Positions 48,400-57,285 of a DNA stretch of 64,000 nt are shown piece after piece. The DNA lies in the NCBI GenBank assembly GCA_043824255.1, contig JBDRTG010000047.1, forward strand, positions 160,001 through 224,000. Reading direction: 5' to 3'. Each line of letters opens with the position of its first letter. Position 1 is the first letter of the stretch. A model generated the notes under the pieces. It searched no databases, was not told where the DNA came from, and saw only the letters and a list, made by a program, of their open reading frames with translations. The DNA is from a bacterium. GTDB lineage: Bacteria; JAHJDO01. The position numbers and the translations under genes are program-made.

Positions 48400-50247
48400 C
48401 TATTTCTCAAGAATACAATACACATCTGTTTTACCAAAGAATTTGTCAAAATAAACGTTTGGAGACATATATTGTTCTTTGTAATGCTTATTCTTTCTCT
48501 GGTTAAAAGATTTAATCAGCTTCAAACCAAGTCTCTCTTCATCAATAATCGGCATAGGAACATTGTAGTTTTCTTTATAATCTTTATCCTCGTAAAAATC
48601 CCTGTGAACAATCACATACTTAACTCCCCATTCTCTAAGCTGTTGAACGGTTTGGGGATTATCAATATGGAGAAGTTTTTCTAAACGAGAACTATCTCCT
48701 CCATTAACAAGTTTCTGTTTATGCACCCTCTGCCAAAACATATATCCATATACTTGCGTTCTTCCTGCAAGCATTGGGTACTCAGCAACAGCAGAGCCAA
48801 ACTCTCCTTCCTGTTTTGCCAGCCATGTATATAGTTTTGGCGGTGTTGAATCAAAATAATGAAACGGAGGAACGTTTATATACTCAACTCCTATTAAAAG
48901 AAAAATTACACTTGTGAAAACAATTTTTAATTTTAAATTTTTAATTTTAAATTTCTCCAGCAGGAATTTCATTCCAATTCCTGAAAGCACACTCAATGAT
49001 ATCATCATCACGACAACCATTCTGGAGTAATACCTGAACATCGGAAACAGCTTATGCAGGAAATACGACGGCATTGGAAGCTTGAACAGCGCGCTGTTCA
49101 GCTTTAACGCGCCGATAGGAATCCACGGTGGAGAAGACATAATCCCAAAGGCGAAAAAGATTATTAGAAAAAATGGAACAACGAGATTTAATTTTGAGTT
49201 TTGAATTTTGCTTGCCCCATAGGCTTGTCCTTCGGGGAATTTTAAATTTTTCCTTCTTCGCCAGAAACATACTGCAATAATAGAGAGAATCAGCGGGGTA
49301 TATCCAAGATATAGAGTATGGTCTATCATACTTCCAAAATCAGGGGACATAAATGGTCTGGAGATATTTTTAAGGATAGGATTTGTCCGCGGAGGGAGCA
49401 GAAAATCTTTTGGCCGAGCTCCTGAAAATATCAGTCCTTCTAATGGACGAGTATAAACAGCAGGCTTATTCTTGCTTTTTGAGAACATTGTTTTGATTAC
49501 TTTGTATTCGGCCGGAAGAACAATAATCAGAGCAGTCAAAAAAGCCACGCCAGCTAATTTTACCCCGTTTAGAAATCTATTTCTAATGGGGCTGTCTGTC
49601 TTTATCACTGCGCGTAGATTTTTGATGTGTCTTAACAACAGAAAAACAATAAATATCATAGTGAATAGGAGCATGTAGTAGCCATAGTAAGGATTGGAGA
49701 AAACAACCAGCGCATAAAAAATCCCGCATAAAACCGCATTCTTATAATTTTTCTCAAATACCAGCTTCAATAAAAACAAAATATACAGCGGCATCCACTG
49801 AGTTGCAGCGAGTAATATATGGTTAAATGACTGCATACAGATATGAGGACAAAAACCGTAGATGATGCCTGAGATAAAGGCTGATATTTTACTCTCTGTG
49901 AGATACCTCACAAGAAGACACATAAAAAAAGCTGAAAGAATAAAATTAAAAATACTAAATAAATTCCATATAAATATTTCATTTGTTAAAAAAGCTGCCA
50001 TAGGCCATAAAGTATGAGCATATATATTATAGTCCAATGCCCATCTGTCTAATGAGGGGAATAATAAAAAGTCCTTAATCTGAAGAGAGACATCTCCACT
50101 TCGCCAAATCCCCCAGATTACAGTAAGCGTATCATCAGGATAACCATAGATTAATTTACTCATATTAAAAATAATAGGGAATGTGATGATAAGAGCAAGA
50201 ATGGTGAAGAGAATTACGGTCGCCAAATTGGACTTATATAATTTCAT
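48400..50247 (-). CDS. multi-pass membrane protein, GT-C/YfhO-like
   Basis: GYPDD after TM1, SGIIYGF.P, YYGY, YLGY, PMFRYYSR, and a C-terminal soluble domain (Y.WL...AEYP...H.QKLVNG...GVKYVIVH). Confidence 0.7.
   Translation of the reverse strand: MKLYKSNLATVILFTILALIITFPIIFNMSKLIYGYPDDTLTVIWGIWRSGDVSLQIKDFLLFPSLDRWALDYNIYAHTLWPMAAFLTNEIFIWNLFSIFNFILSAFFMCLLVRYLTESKISAFISGIIYGFCPHICMQSFNHILLAATQWMPLYILFLLKLVFEKNYKNAVLCGIFYALVVFSNPYYGYYMLLFTMIFIVFLLLRHIKNLRAVIKTDSPIRNRFLNGVKLAGVAFLTALIIVLPAEYKVIKTMFSKSKNKPAVYTRPLEGLIFSGARPKDFLLPPRTNPILKNISRPFMSPDFGSMIDHTLYLGYTPLILSIIAVCFWRRRKNLKFPEGQAYGASKIQNSKLNLVVPFFLIIFFAFGIMSSPPWIPIGALKLNSALFKLPMPSYFLHKLFPMFRYYSRMVVVMMISLSVLSGIGMKFLLEKFKIKNLKLKIVFTSVIFLLIGVEYINVPPFHYFDSTPPKLYTWLAKQEGEFGSAVAEYPMLAGRTQVYGYMFWQRVHKQKLVNGGDSSRLEKLLHIDNPQTVQQLREWGVKYVIVHRDFYEDKDYKENYNVPMPIIDEERLGLKLIKSFNQRKNKHYKEQYMSPNVYFDKFFGKTDVYCILEK
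48408..48447 (-). repeat. gene-end direct repeat, copy 1 (inside the CDS 3' end)
   Basis: Encodes DKFFGKTDVYCIL of the 615-aa protein. Confidence 0.85.
48920..48954 (-). repeat. 5 x 7-nt tandem repeat inside a CDS
   Basis: Coding strand AAATTTA AAATTAA AAATTTA AAATTAA AAATTGT = KFKIKNLKLKIV. Confidence 0.8.
49188..49249 (-). repeat. 7-nt tandem repeat interrupted by a 27-nt palindromic element, in frame
   Basis: CCCCGAAGGACAAGCCTATGGGGCAAG (49211-49237) splits one TGAATTT unit. The region encodes NLKFPEGQAYGASKIQNSKLN. Confidence 0.7.
49559..49591 (-). repeat. 33-nt palindromic element in frame in a CDS
   Basis: CCCC A TTAGAAAT AG ATTTCTAA AC GGGG TAAA, within the stretch encoding SPIRNRFLNGVK. 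Confidence 0.75.
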
Positions 50248-51338
50248 CTTTCTCTCACAAGTTGCACAAACTTAACAACAACCCCCAGACACAATGCAAA
50301 ATAGGCAACATTTGCCACTCGCTCTGCTGTTATTTCTAAATTGGCAATTAACAACAAGGCGCATGCAATAAGAAGAAACATAAATAGAACTATACATTTA
50401 TCGCTGAATGGTCTTGGCTTTAACCACTGCCAGAATGGTAGTATCACTCGTGAATGCAGATATCTCAAGCAACGTATAATTATTACAATCATAATAACTA
50501 AAAAGGAATATGTTCTAGAAAACTTCTTTTCTAATTTTGCATTTAGCTGCCTGATATTTAGACGTAGTTCCTTAACATTTTTACTTATTATTTTCTTATT
50601 GTAATTATAAAAAAATATAGAACATGCAAGAGCCAATGAAACTGCCTGCAGCGTCAAAAAATAACCTGATATTACAAATAACTTCAGATCAAGTGTTCTC
50701 GGGATTATATATGCCAATAATAATAGAATATTGGCAGGCAGAAGCGAAATAAGAAATTTTGAATAAATATGCTGTTTTGTTCTCCAAAATAAAAACAAAA
50801 ATATAGACAATATAATCAAAACCGAATATAGATATGCGGTATGACTTCTTTTTATGGGGAAAATATGAGAATCCTCAAATAAAACAAATATCTGATTGTT
50901 AGTATTGCGATGATAATTTCCAATTTTTATCGTTACGCAGTCACGAATGTCCGGAGGAAAAGATAATTTGAGATAATTCCTGCCAATATTTACTATATCT
51001 GCCGGAATGAGAACATAATCGACAGGTTTAAAATATGCTTTCGCAAAAAAATTCTTTATTTTTCTGGAATATTTTTTTGTTTTATACGGGATTAAAATTT
51101 TATTATTAAAAACAATTGTCTTTTTTGCAGATGAGGAAGCTATCTTCAATAGCAAGGTTTCTTTATATGGAATTATGTAGGTTTTATTAATGTATTTTGA
51201 ATTACGCAATTTAATACTATCCTTATAGAGAAACATCTCTTTTCTATAAGAATCAGGAATGACGATGTTGTTATATAAAAACCCTATAAATAGTCCTAAC
51301 AAGCCAGCAAAAATTATATATTTAATTTTTTGTTTCAT
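50244..51338 (-). CDS. hypothetical membrane protein
   Basis: 364-aa ORF with an N-terminal TM and several C-terminal TMs (AERVANVAYFAL..GVV). Overlaps the next gene. Confidence 0.6.
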   Translation of the reverse strand: MKQKIKYIIFAGLLGLFIGFLYNNIVIPDSYRKEMFLYKDSIKLRNSKYINKTYIIPYKETLLLKIASSSAKKTIVFNNKILIPYKTKKYSRKIKNFFAKAYFKPVDYVLIPADIVNIGRNYLKLSFPPDIRDCVTIKIGNYHRNTNNQIFVLFEDSHIFPIKRSHTAYLYSVLIILSIFLFLFWRTKQHIYSKFLISLLPANILLLLAYIIPRTLDLKLFVISGYFLTLQAVSLALACSIFFYNYNKKIISKNVKELRLNIRQLNAKLEKKFSRTYSFLVIMIVIIIRCLRYLHSRVILPFWQWLKPRPFSDKCIVLFMFLLIACALLLIANLEITAERVANVAYFALCLGVVVKFVQLVRER

Positions 51339-51350
51339 TAATTCGAAATT

Positions 51351-52112
51351 CTATTGAATATTAATTTTCAGCATCTGAATTATATCTTCAATCTCTTTAT
51401 CGTTGATATCCCTGGCATAATAAATCATGGAAAGTTCTTCTTCCTTCTCCTTTTTAGCAACCTTCCAATTATTCATTATGGAATCCTGTGTAATGGGTTT
51501 CCTGATTTCTTTTCGTTTAATGAGCCCTGTTATTTCTTCAATGTCAAATTTGAAACTCTCAAAAAGTAAAACCAGGTCATAAAAATCCCTGTATCGAGCG
51601 CGATCACTTGTGGCGCGTATCTTTTCCGCGCAGATTTCTTTAACATCCATTATATTTACTTTTGTCTCAATCCTCCAAACGTTTTTATAAAACAACGTCC
51701 TGGCAGGTAAAACCACATTTTGGATAAAATCTATTTCTACTTTAAGCGAATTTGGAAAGGCTAAAGGCCCTGTGTATTTTAAGCGTTCTATTTTTATGGT
51801 TGCCTTAGAGACATTGGCCTCCTTAACCTCAAGAAAATCCCATGGTTGGAAAACTGCCTTTACTTCTTCCAAAGTGATTGTTTTATCTAAAGAAGTAAAA
51901 TCAAGATCCTCTGAAAATCTGGATTGTGGTAAATAACAATGATAAATTGCTGTGCCACCCTTAAATACAATCTTATCCCGCAACGGTGACTCGTAAATGA
52001 CTTTTGAAACAAGCGCCAGAAAATAATCTTTTTCAGCTATTTGTAGAGGATAACGAAGGTTCTTTCTGTTAATAATTTCCAGCTCTCTGCGGTTTAATAG
52101 AATATATTTCAT
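51351..52112 (-). CDS. AbiEii/AbiGii-family nucleotidyltransferase toxin
   Basis: EKDY, FKGGTAI, RFSEDLDF, LKVEI, AEKIRA..R, RDFYDL. Confidence 0.92.
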   Translation of the reverse strand: MKYILLNRRELEIINRKNLRYPLQIAEKDYFLALVSKVIYESPLRDKIVFKGGTAIYHCYLPQSRFSEDLDFTSLDKTITLEEVKAVFQPWDFLEVKEANVSKATIKIERLKYTGPLAFPNSLKVEIDFIQNVVLPARTLFYKNVWRIETKVNIMDVKEICAEKIRATSDRARYRDFYDLVLLFESFKFDIEEITGLIKRKEIRKPITQDSIMNNWKVAKKEKEEELSMIYYARDINDKEIEDIIQMLKINIQ

Positions 52113-52891
52113 ATAATCTCATCAAAATGGCTGCAATAATAGAGCCGCCATTTAGCATTGAATTTTCCGCTATCTTTAGTCATATAGCTGCAACCTTTGT
52201 TGCCTGTGGTAAGCTTATATAAATAAGCAGAATCAATTGATAGTTTATCGAAGAAAAACCCCAATATCCTTTGAACAGTTTTTGAATACTTACTGCTAAA
52301 TTTATTTATCAGGGTTAAATCGAATTTATTTTTATATTCCTTCAATTTTTCATAGACGAGATCCAGATAATATTCATTTCGTTTGAACATCAGTATATCT
52401 AAAATTGCCTTTTCGAGAGTAGCAACATTTACCACATAATTCTCAACTCTATTCTCTTCCCAACCAAAGAATAATTTTTTCTGGACACTGATAAATCTGT
52501 ACGTTATTCCCTGAATATCCCTAATCTTACGTCTCTTAAGTGATATGGAAACAATGGTTCTCAGCATTTGATCAAACATCCCGTAGTGCTGCAAGGCGGC
52601 TTCAAAAGAAATATAGGAATCAGAGATTAGAGTCTGGGCTATTTTAAAGGCGTGAGTCACAAGAAATCCGCGGGATTCCAGGCTTGCTACGGCATATACG
52701 CCTTTCTTTATTCTAACCAGCCAGCCATTTTTTGTTAGCTTATTAACTAGATTCCTTGCAGCCTGACGGTTTCTTTTTCCCTTAAGAATATTATATATCT
52801 GCTCAAAAGTCACAATAATACCAAATTTGGCAATTATGTCCTCTATCAGATTAAGCTCTTTTTCAGACAAAATAGTTCTTTTTGTGTCCAT
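52109..52891 (-). CDS. type IV TA antitoxin, AbiEi family
   Basis: L.KNGWLVRIKKGVY, SYISFEAALQHYG, FFG, VATLEKAILD. ATGA overlap with the toxin gene. Confidence 0.9.
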   Translation of the reverse strand: MDTKRTILSEKELNLIEDIIAKFGIIVTFEQIYNILKGKRNRQAARNLVNKLTKNGWLVRIKKGVYAVASLESRGFLVTHAFKIAQTLISDSYISFEAALQHYGMFDQMLRTIVSISLKRRKIRDIQGITYRFISVQKKLFFGWEENRVENYVVNVATLEKAILDILMFKRNEYYLDLVYEKLKEYKNKFDLTLINKFSSKYSKTVQRILGFFFDKLSIDSAYLYKLTTGNKGCSYMTKDSGKFNAKWRLYYCSHFDEII

Positions 52892-52924
52892 ATGATAATC
52901 TATTATCGGTTATTATTTATACAG

Positions 52925-52952
52925 ATTATATATTATTCTAACTTAACGTCAA
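52925..52952 (-). promoter_or_regulatory. putative promoter of the second AbiE pair
   Basis: TTGACG-16-TATAAT; the -35 overlaps the stop codon of the upstream gene. Confidence 0.5.
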
Positions 52953-55462
52953 GCATCAATGCGACCAGAACACCCCTTCATCTCCACCTTTACCTTTTTC
53001 TTCCTTTTTCCCTTTCTCAAACCACTATATCCTAAATAAACTATACAGAATATAAGCGTTAGCCCTGATATCCCCAATCCTAAGTAAAAAAGTGTTTGGG
53101 GCCAAAAATACATAACCAAAGTAAAATCTTCTCCCAACTCCAATTTATTCGGTTCAATATACCATCCATTAGCATAACCATTGACCAAATGATGCTCAAC
53201 ATCCAGAGGCTTTTTAAATAAATATTTGATATCTTGTGGGGTAAATTTTTGCAGATGCCTTGCCTCTTTAACTTTCAATTTCGGATAATTCGCCACAATC
53301 TCCCCAAATGCCCCACCTTCCTTTACCTTTACCTCTCCCTTTCTTTTCCCCTCTACCTCCACCTTATTGTAAAGCCTCCACTGCTTATGAAAACTCTCGC
53401 TAAACACAAGCCAGAACGGCGTCTTTGCCCCTTTGACCTTAACTAAATACTTTGTCGGATTTATCCTCTTAAAAGTAATCTGAGGTTCTTCTTTACCTTT
53501 TCCCTCTACCTTCACCTTTACCTCTTCCTTTCCCTTTTGTCCCGTAAACAACAGCACAGGCTTTCCATCAAGATATTTCGTTTCCGTGAGTGGCACCAGT
53601 GCTTCAATATCGCCACTGACAAGGGCGGGAGTGGTAGAAGAGTAAATGTGTGGAAGAAAATATTCATCATCAATTTTATATAAATCCAGTTTTCCAAAAT
53701 TTCTATCCCATCTAATTCCATCCTGATTGTCCAGATTGTGTTTAAGCCGCAATGGATGATGCTCAACAAGTCCCCAATTTATATCCCGATGCAAAAGTAT
53801 ATATTTAACATTCAATAATCTAAAAAGTAGTTTAGTACAGACTTGGCTGGATCTTTTTTCTATTTGCTTGCCAAGTAATAGTGGAATTTTATATCCTCTC
53901 CCAGTATTAATATATATGACCGGCTTAGCAGAAAAGAACCTTATTATATCCCCGCCTGCATAACCGGTATCTTCCCAGAGATATATAGTGTTGCCATTTT
54001 TTGACAGGGGAAGAGAAAAAATTCTCTCGTTATTTTTATTCTCCTTGGTCCATTCTTTAAACTGATAGTAATATTCAGGAACTTTTATTCTTGCAGACGG
54101 AACTATCCCTCCCCCAGCAAAAAAAACATCACCGTTCCAAAAAGGAAAGGCAAGAACAATAAAAAGCAGGATAAAAATACATACAGCGCCTAAAAAAGAG
54201 AGCCTTTTTCCAAATCTATCAGATAAAAAGTCAACGGTATAGCATACTCCCAATCCTAAAAGTGGCGTTACGGCTAAAGTAAGCATTAGTCCCCACTTTT
54301 GGATATTGCCTCTAAAGACAGTCAAAAGTAAAGGGATATGCTGATAGAGCCAGATATTTACATTGCCCAATGGTGGTTTAGCCCCTTTAATCAAAAACAA
54401 TCCTGTGATAGCTAAAATACTAAAATATATACATCCCGTTTTTTTATATTTCGATCTCTTCAATAGAGGCAAAAAACTGAAGAACGGAATTAAAAAACTT
54501 ATCAAAATAAATGGCCACGTAAGATAAAATCTAGCCCAGTTATGATAAGGAACACCCTTCATCCATTCGCCGTGTAAAGACCAGAGACCACCTAATCTTA
54601 ATACATCTAATAATTTTCCACTGTTAAGTTTGAAAGTTTCTAAGTTTGAAGGGAATCCTAATGAAAGAGCAGAGGCTGCTCTTTGTTGTTCAAAAATGAC
54701 GCTTCCATAAGGAATAATCCAAAATAGATTCAGAGACAGCCAGAGGATAGCTAAAATAGACGTTAAGCAGACTGCCTGTTTTATAAGTCGGTTCTCCTTT
54801 TTATTTATCAAGCAATAATAAAGCAAGTAGGAGAAGACAATAAACCAATGCACAATGGCAAATGCCGGATTAGCATATCCATAGGTTCCGACAGCAAACC
54901 AGACAATTGCTAAAATAAAGATATATTTTAATCCCTTGGCAGAATTTAAGGATTTTATGAATAATCCAAGAATGAGAGGACTCATGACATACGCAGGCAT
55001 TAATATGCCAGAAGCTAAATACCACGGGATTTGAAGAACATAAGGGTTCATCATGTAAAAAAGAGAAGAGGCAAGTTTCGCTATTCTCTTAAACCCCAGA
55101 ACAGAACAGAGATAATACGTCGCCAAACCAGAAATGACAAACCAGAGATAGAATAACGATTTTTCAAAGAAGAGCAGCGATAGTCCGATATATTCCGTAA
55201 GGGCGGCATATATAGTATAAGGCACGAGAAAGGCTAATTGACCCGGAGCAGGATAACCCATGGAAATGGAATGGTCCCAAAAATACAGTGTATTGTGAAA
55301 AAATTGTATTCTTGAGAAAGGAAACCCAAAAGCGGCTATATTAATAATATAATTTCCCCTAAACCAAGTTAAAGATAAAAACCCTAAGAACAATATCAAT
55401 AAAATATCAATTAAATAATTTCTTTTAATTTTTATCATTAAAAAAATACTTTTCGATTTCAT
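52949..55462 (-). CDS. large multi-pass membrane protein, GT-C (AftD/DUF3367-like)
   Basis: SLFYMMNP, LNLFWIIP, LIKG..PP, P.W.G, RIKVPEYY, LNVKYILLH.D, YFLPHIY, NPTKY.V, LVFSESFH..W, NGYANGW, YFWPQ. Confidence 0.7.
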   Translation of the reverse strand: MKSKSIFLMIKIKRNYLIDILLILFLGFLSLTWFRGNYIINIAAFGFPFSRIQFFHNTLYFWDHSISMGYPAPGQLAFLVPYTIYAALTEYIGLSLLFFEKSLFYLWFVISGLATYYLCSVLGFKRIAKLASSLFYMMNPYVLQIPWYLASGILMPAYVMSPLILGLFIKSLNSAKGLKYIFILAIVWFAVGTYGYANPAFAIVHWFIVFSYLLYYCLINKKENRLIKQAVCLTSILAILWLSLNLFWIIPYGSVIFEQQRAASALSLGFPSNLETFKLNSGKLLDVLRLGGLWSLHGEWMKGVPYHNWARFYLTWPFILISFLIPFFSFLPLLKRSKYKKTGCIYFSILAITGLFLIKGAKPPLGNVNIWLYQHIPLLLTVFRGNIQKWGLMLTLAVTPLLGLGVCYTVDFLSDRFGKRLSFLGAVCIFILLFIVLAFPFWNGDVFFAGGGIVPSARIKVPEYYYQFKEWTKENKNNERIFSLPLSKNGNTIYLWEDTGYAGGDIIRFFSAKPVIYINTGRGYKIPLLLGKQIEKRSSQVCTKLLFRLLNVKYILLHRDINWGLVEHHPLRLKHNLDNQDGIRWDRNFGKLDLYKIDDEYFLPHIYSSTTPALVSGDIEALVPLTETKYLDGKPVLLFTGQKGKEEVKVKVEGKGKEEPQITFKRINPTKYLVKVKGAKTPFWLVFSESFHKQWRLYNKVEVEGKRKGEVKVKEGGAFGEIVANYPKLKVKEARHLQKFTPQDIKYLFKKPLDVEHHLVNGYANGWYIEPNKLELGEDFTLVMYFWPQTLFYLGLGISGLTLIFCIVYLGYSGLRKGKRKKKVKVEMKGCSGRIDA
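53310..53538 (-). repeat. two purine-rich ~6-nt repeat tracts inside a CDS
   Basis: AAGGTA/AAGGTG/GAGGTA-type units encode KGKEEVKVKVEGKGKEE and KVEVEGKRKGEVKVKEG. A third tract lies near 52980-53018. Confidence 0.65.
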
Positions 55463-55480
55463 CTTTTTATATTTATTATT

Positions 55481-56110
55481 TCACATTTTAAAAAGATGAA
55501 CTTCCCAAAAATTAGCAAATTTTCTAAAAAGTTTAGGCACTGATTCTAAATACCAAAAGATAGGTCTTCCCTGTATTCCAAAAACAACAGGAATAATTTG
55601 AAATTCCCTGAAATAAGAATCCTCCAAAAGATTCAATAAATCTTTCTCTGTATACTCCCGTTGGTGTTCCCAAAACGGAAACTTTCTTTCACTTATAAAT
55701 ATTTCAATCATTGCTCTTATTAGTCGTTTTCTATTAGGCGTAACAATTATTGCCATCCCTCCCACCTTCAAAACCTTATATAGTTCATTAATTGCTCTTT
55801 TATCATCTGGAACATGCTCAATAACATGGTAAGCTACGGCAACATCTATGCTTTCTGCTTCTGTAAATTCTGAAAGACGTTGCCAATCTCCAACTATATA
55901 ATTAATATTTTCAAAATCCTGTGGTATTCTTGCAGAAAAATATTCTACGCCTATTAATTTACAACATAAGGAAGCCAACTCTTTAGTTCTTTCTATATTT
56001 GAAGCACCAATTTCTAAAACTGTAGCAGATTTGGCAACATACTTCTTATATGATTGAAGTAAAAATACCCACCCATAATCGGCTTTACTTGATGGTAAAC
56101 AAAATTTCAT
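55481..56110 (-). CDS. class I SAM-dependent methyltransferase
   Basis: VLEIGA, GVEY, HVIEHV, VLKVGG...TPN, H.REY. Confidence 0.85.
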   Translation of the reverse strand: MKFCLPSSKADYGWVFLLQSYKKYVAKSATVLEIGASNIERTKELASLCCKLIGVEYFSARIPQDFENINYIVGDWQRLSEFTEAESIDVAVAYHVIEHVPDDKRAINELYKVLKVGGMAIIVTPNRKRLIRAMIEIFISERKFPFWEHQREYTEKDLLNLLEDSYFREFQIIPVVFGIQGRPIFWYLESVPKLFRKFANFWEVHLFKM

Positions 56111-56126
56111 CTGAAAATCACCTTTC

Positions 56127-56200
56127 TGTCATTGCGAACCGAAGGTGAAGCAATCTCGTCTTTTAAGATTGCCACGTCGCTAACGCTCCTCGCAATGACA
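56127..56200. repeat. REP/RPE-like palindromic element
   Basis: 11-bp terminal IR TGTCATTGCGA/TCGCAATGACA with an internal GCAATCT...AGATTGC hairpin. Confidence 0.75.
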
Positions 56201-56240
56201 TTTTTATTCTCTTTTGTGCCCACTTGTTGGCATGAATGTT

Positions 56241-57170
56241 TCATTTGTTTTTTGTAAATATCATTCTAATGTCCATACCCTCTTTACCAGAGAAAATTCG
56301 GAGGAATAGAGTGATTATCAATAACGGCAAAAAACAAACTACGTTTATTAGATTTAAGGGCAAATTTCTTTTAATTTTATTCCTCAAAAAGAAATTAAAA
56401 CTATTCACTATTGCTAAGGGAGATTTTAAAAGCAAAGAACCGTTATTATTTAATTCTAAGAAAGCTGAAAACCCATTTTTTTCAAAAATTGCCCTGAAAG
56501 TTTTTTTTGTAAATTGATAAAGGTGTCTCGGCACTTCCAAATTGTACCAAAATTTACCAAATAGTTGAGCTTCTGCGCAATTGAAATTTGGCACTTCTAC
56601 ATAGACAATACCATCTTCTTTTAATATTCGATGGATTTCCTTAATTACATCATTAGGATTGAGAAGATGCTCCAGCACCTGCTTTATAATTACAATATCA
56701 AAAGATTCATCGGGGAATTTTATATCCAGAAAAGAATTATTTTTTACTCTTAAACACAATTCTGGAGAAATAATGTCTAAAATTCCCTCATAAGAATCTA
56801 TCCCATAAGCATCATATCCATATTTAAGTAGCTCTTTCAAAAAGAATCCGCTTCCGCATCCGACATCTAAAAGTTTTCCATTTCTTTTAACTTTTTTGAT
56901 GTCACCAATCATTTTTTTAGTAATCATATTTGCAAAAGGCTTATAAAAAAATTCTAAAATCAGAGGCGTAGGGTTATAATAACTTTCAGGATAAAATTTG
57001 CCTAATTCATCTTCGTTTGGTTGAGGATTAACATAAACAAATCCACAATTTTTACAAAGACATAGATTGAATTCTTGGAAAGTTGTATGCAATCTAAAAT
57101 CATTTGTCTCAAATAATCTTTTGCTATAATTTTTATTACATATTGGACAATTTATTTTCTTAAATTTCAT
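56241..57170 (-). CDS. class I SAM-dependent methyltransferase with N-terminal CxxC pairs
   Basis: CPIC...CKNCG, NPQP, LLDVGCGSG, VLEHL, EVPN, PRHLY.F. Confidence 0.9.
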   Translation of the reverse strand: MKFKKINCPICNKNYSKRLFETNDFRLHTTFQEFNLCLCKNCGFVYVNPQPNEDELGKFYPESYYNPTPLILEFFYKPFANMITKKMIGDIKKVKRNGKLLDVGCGSGFFLKELLKYGYDAYGIDSYEGILDIISPELCLRVKNNSFLDIKFPDESFDIVIIKQVLEHLLNPNDVIKEIHRILKEDGIVYVEVPNFNCAEAQLFGKFWYNLEVPRHLYQFTKKTFRAIFEKNGFSAFLELNNNGSLLLKSPLAIVNSFNFFLRNKIKRNLPLNLINVVCFLPLLIITLFLRIFSGKEGMDIRMIFTKNK

Positions 57171-57285
57171 CTTCGTAATAAAATCCCGGCTTATTGGACA
57201 TTAAATAATCCTTATATGTCCTGTATTATTTTTGAACTATTGCCACTACACAGGAAGAGAATCTTTTTAAACATTTTAAATTCTT

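Noticed and set aside
44651..48447. Triplicated gene end as a DGR template/variable repeat or a CRISPR array
   Set aside because: The differences are not adenine-specific, no reverse transcriptase is present, the copies are kilobases apart, and there are no cas genes.
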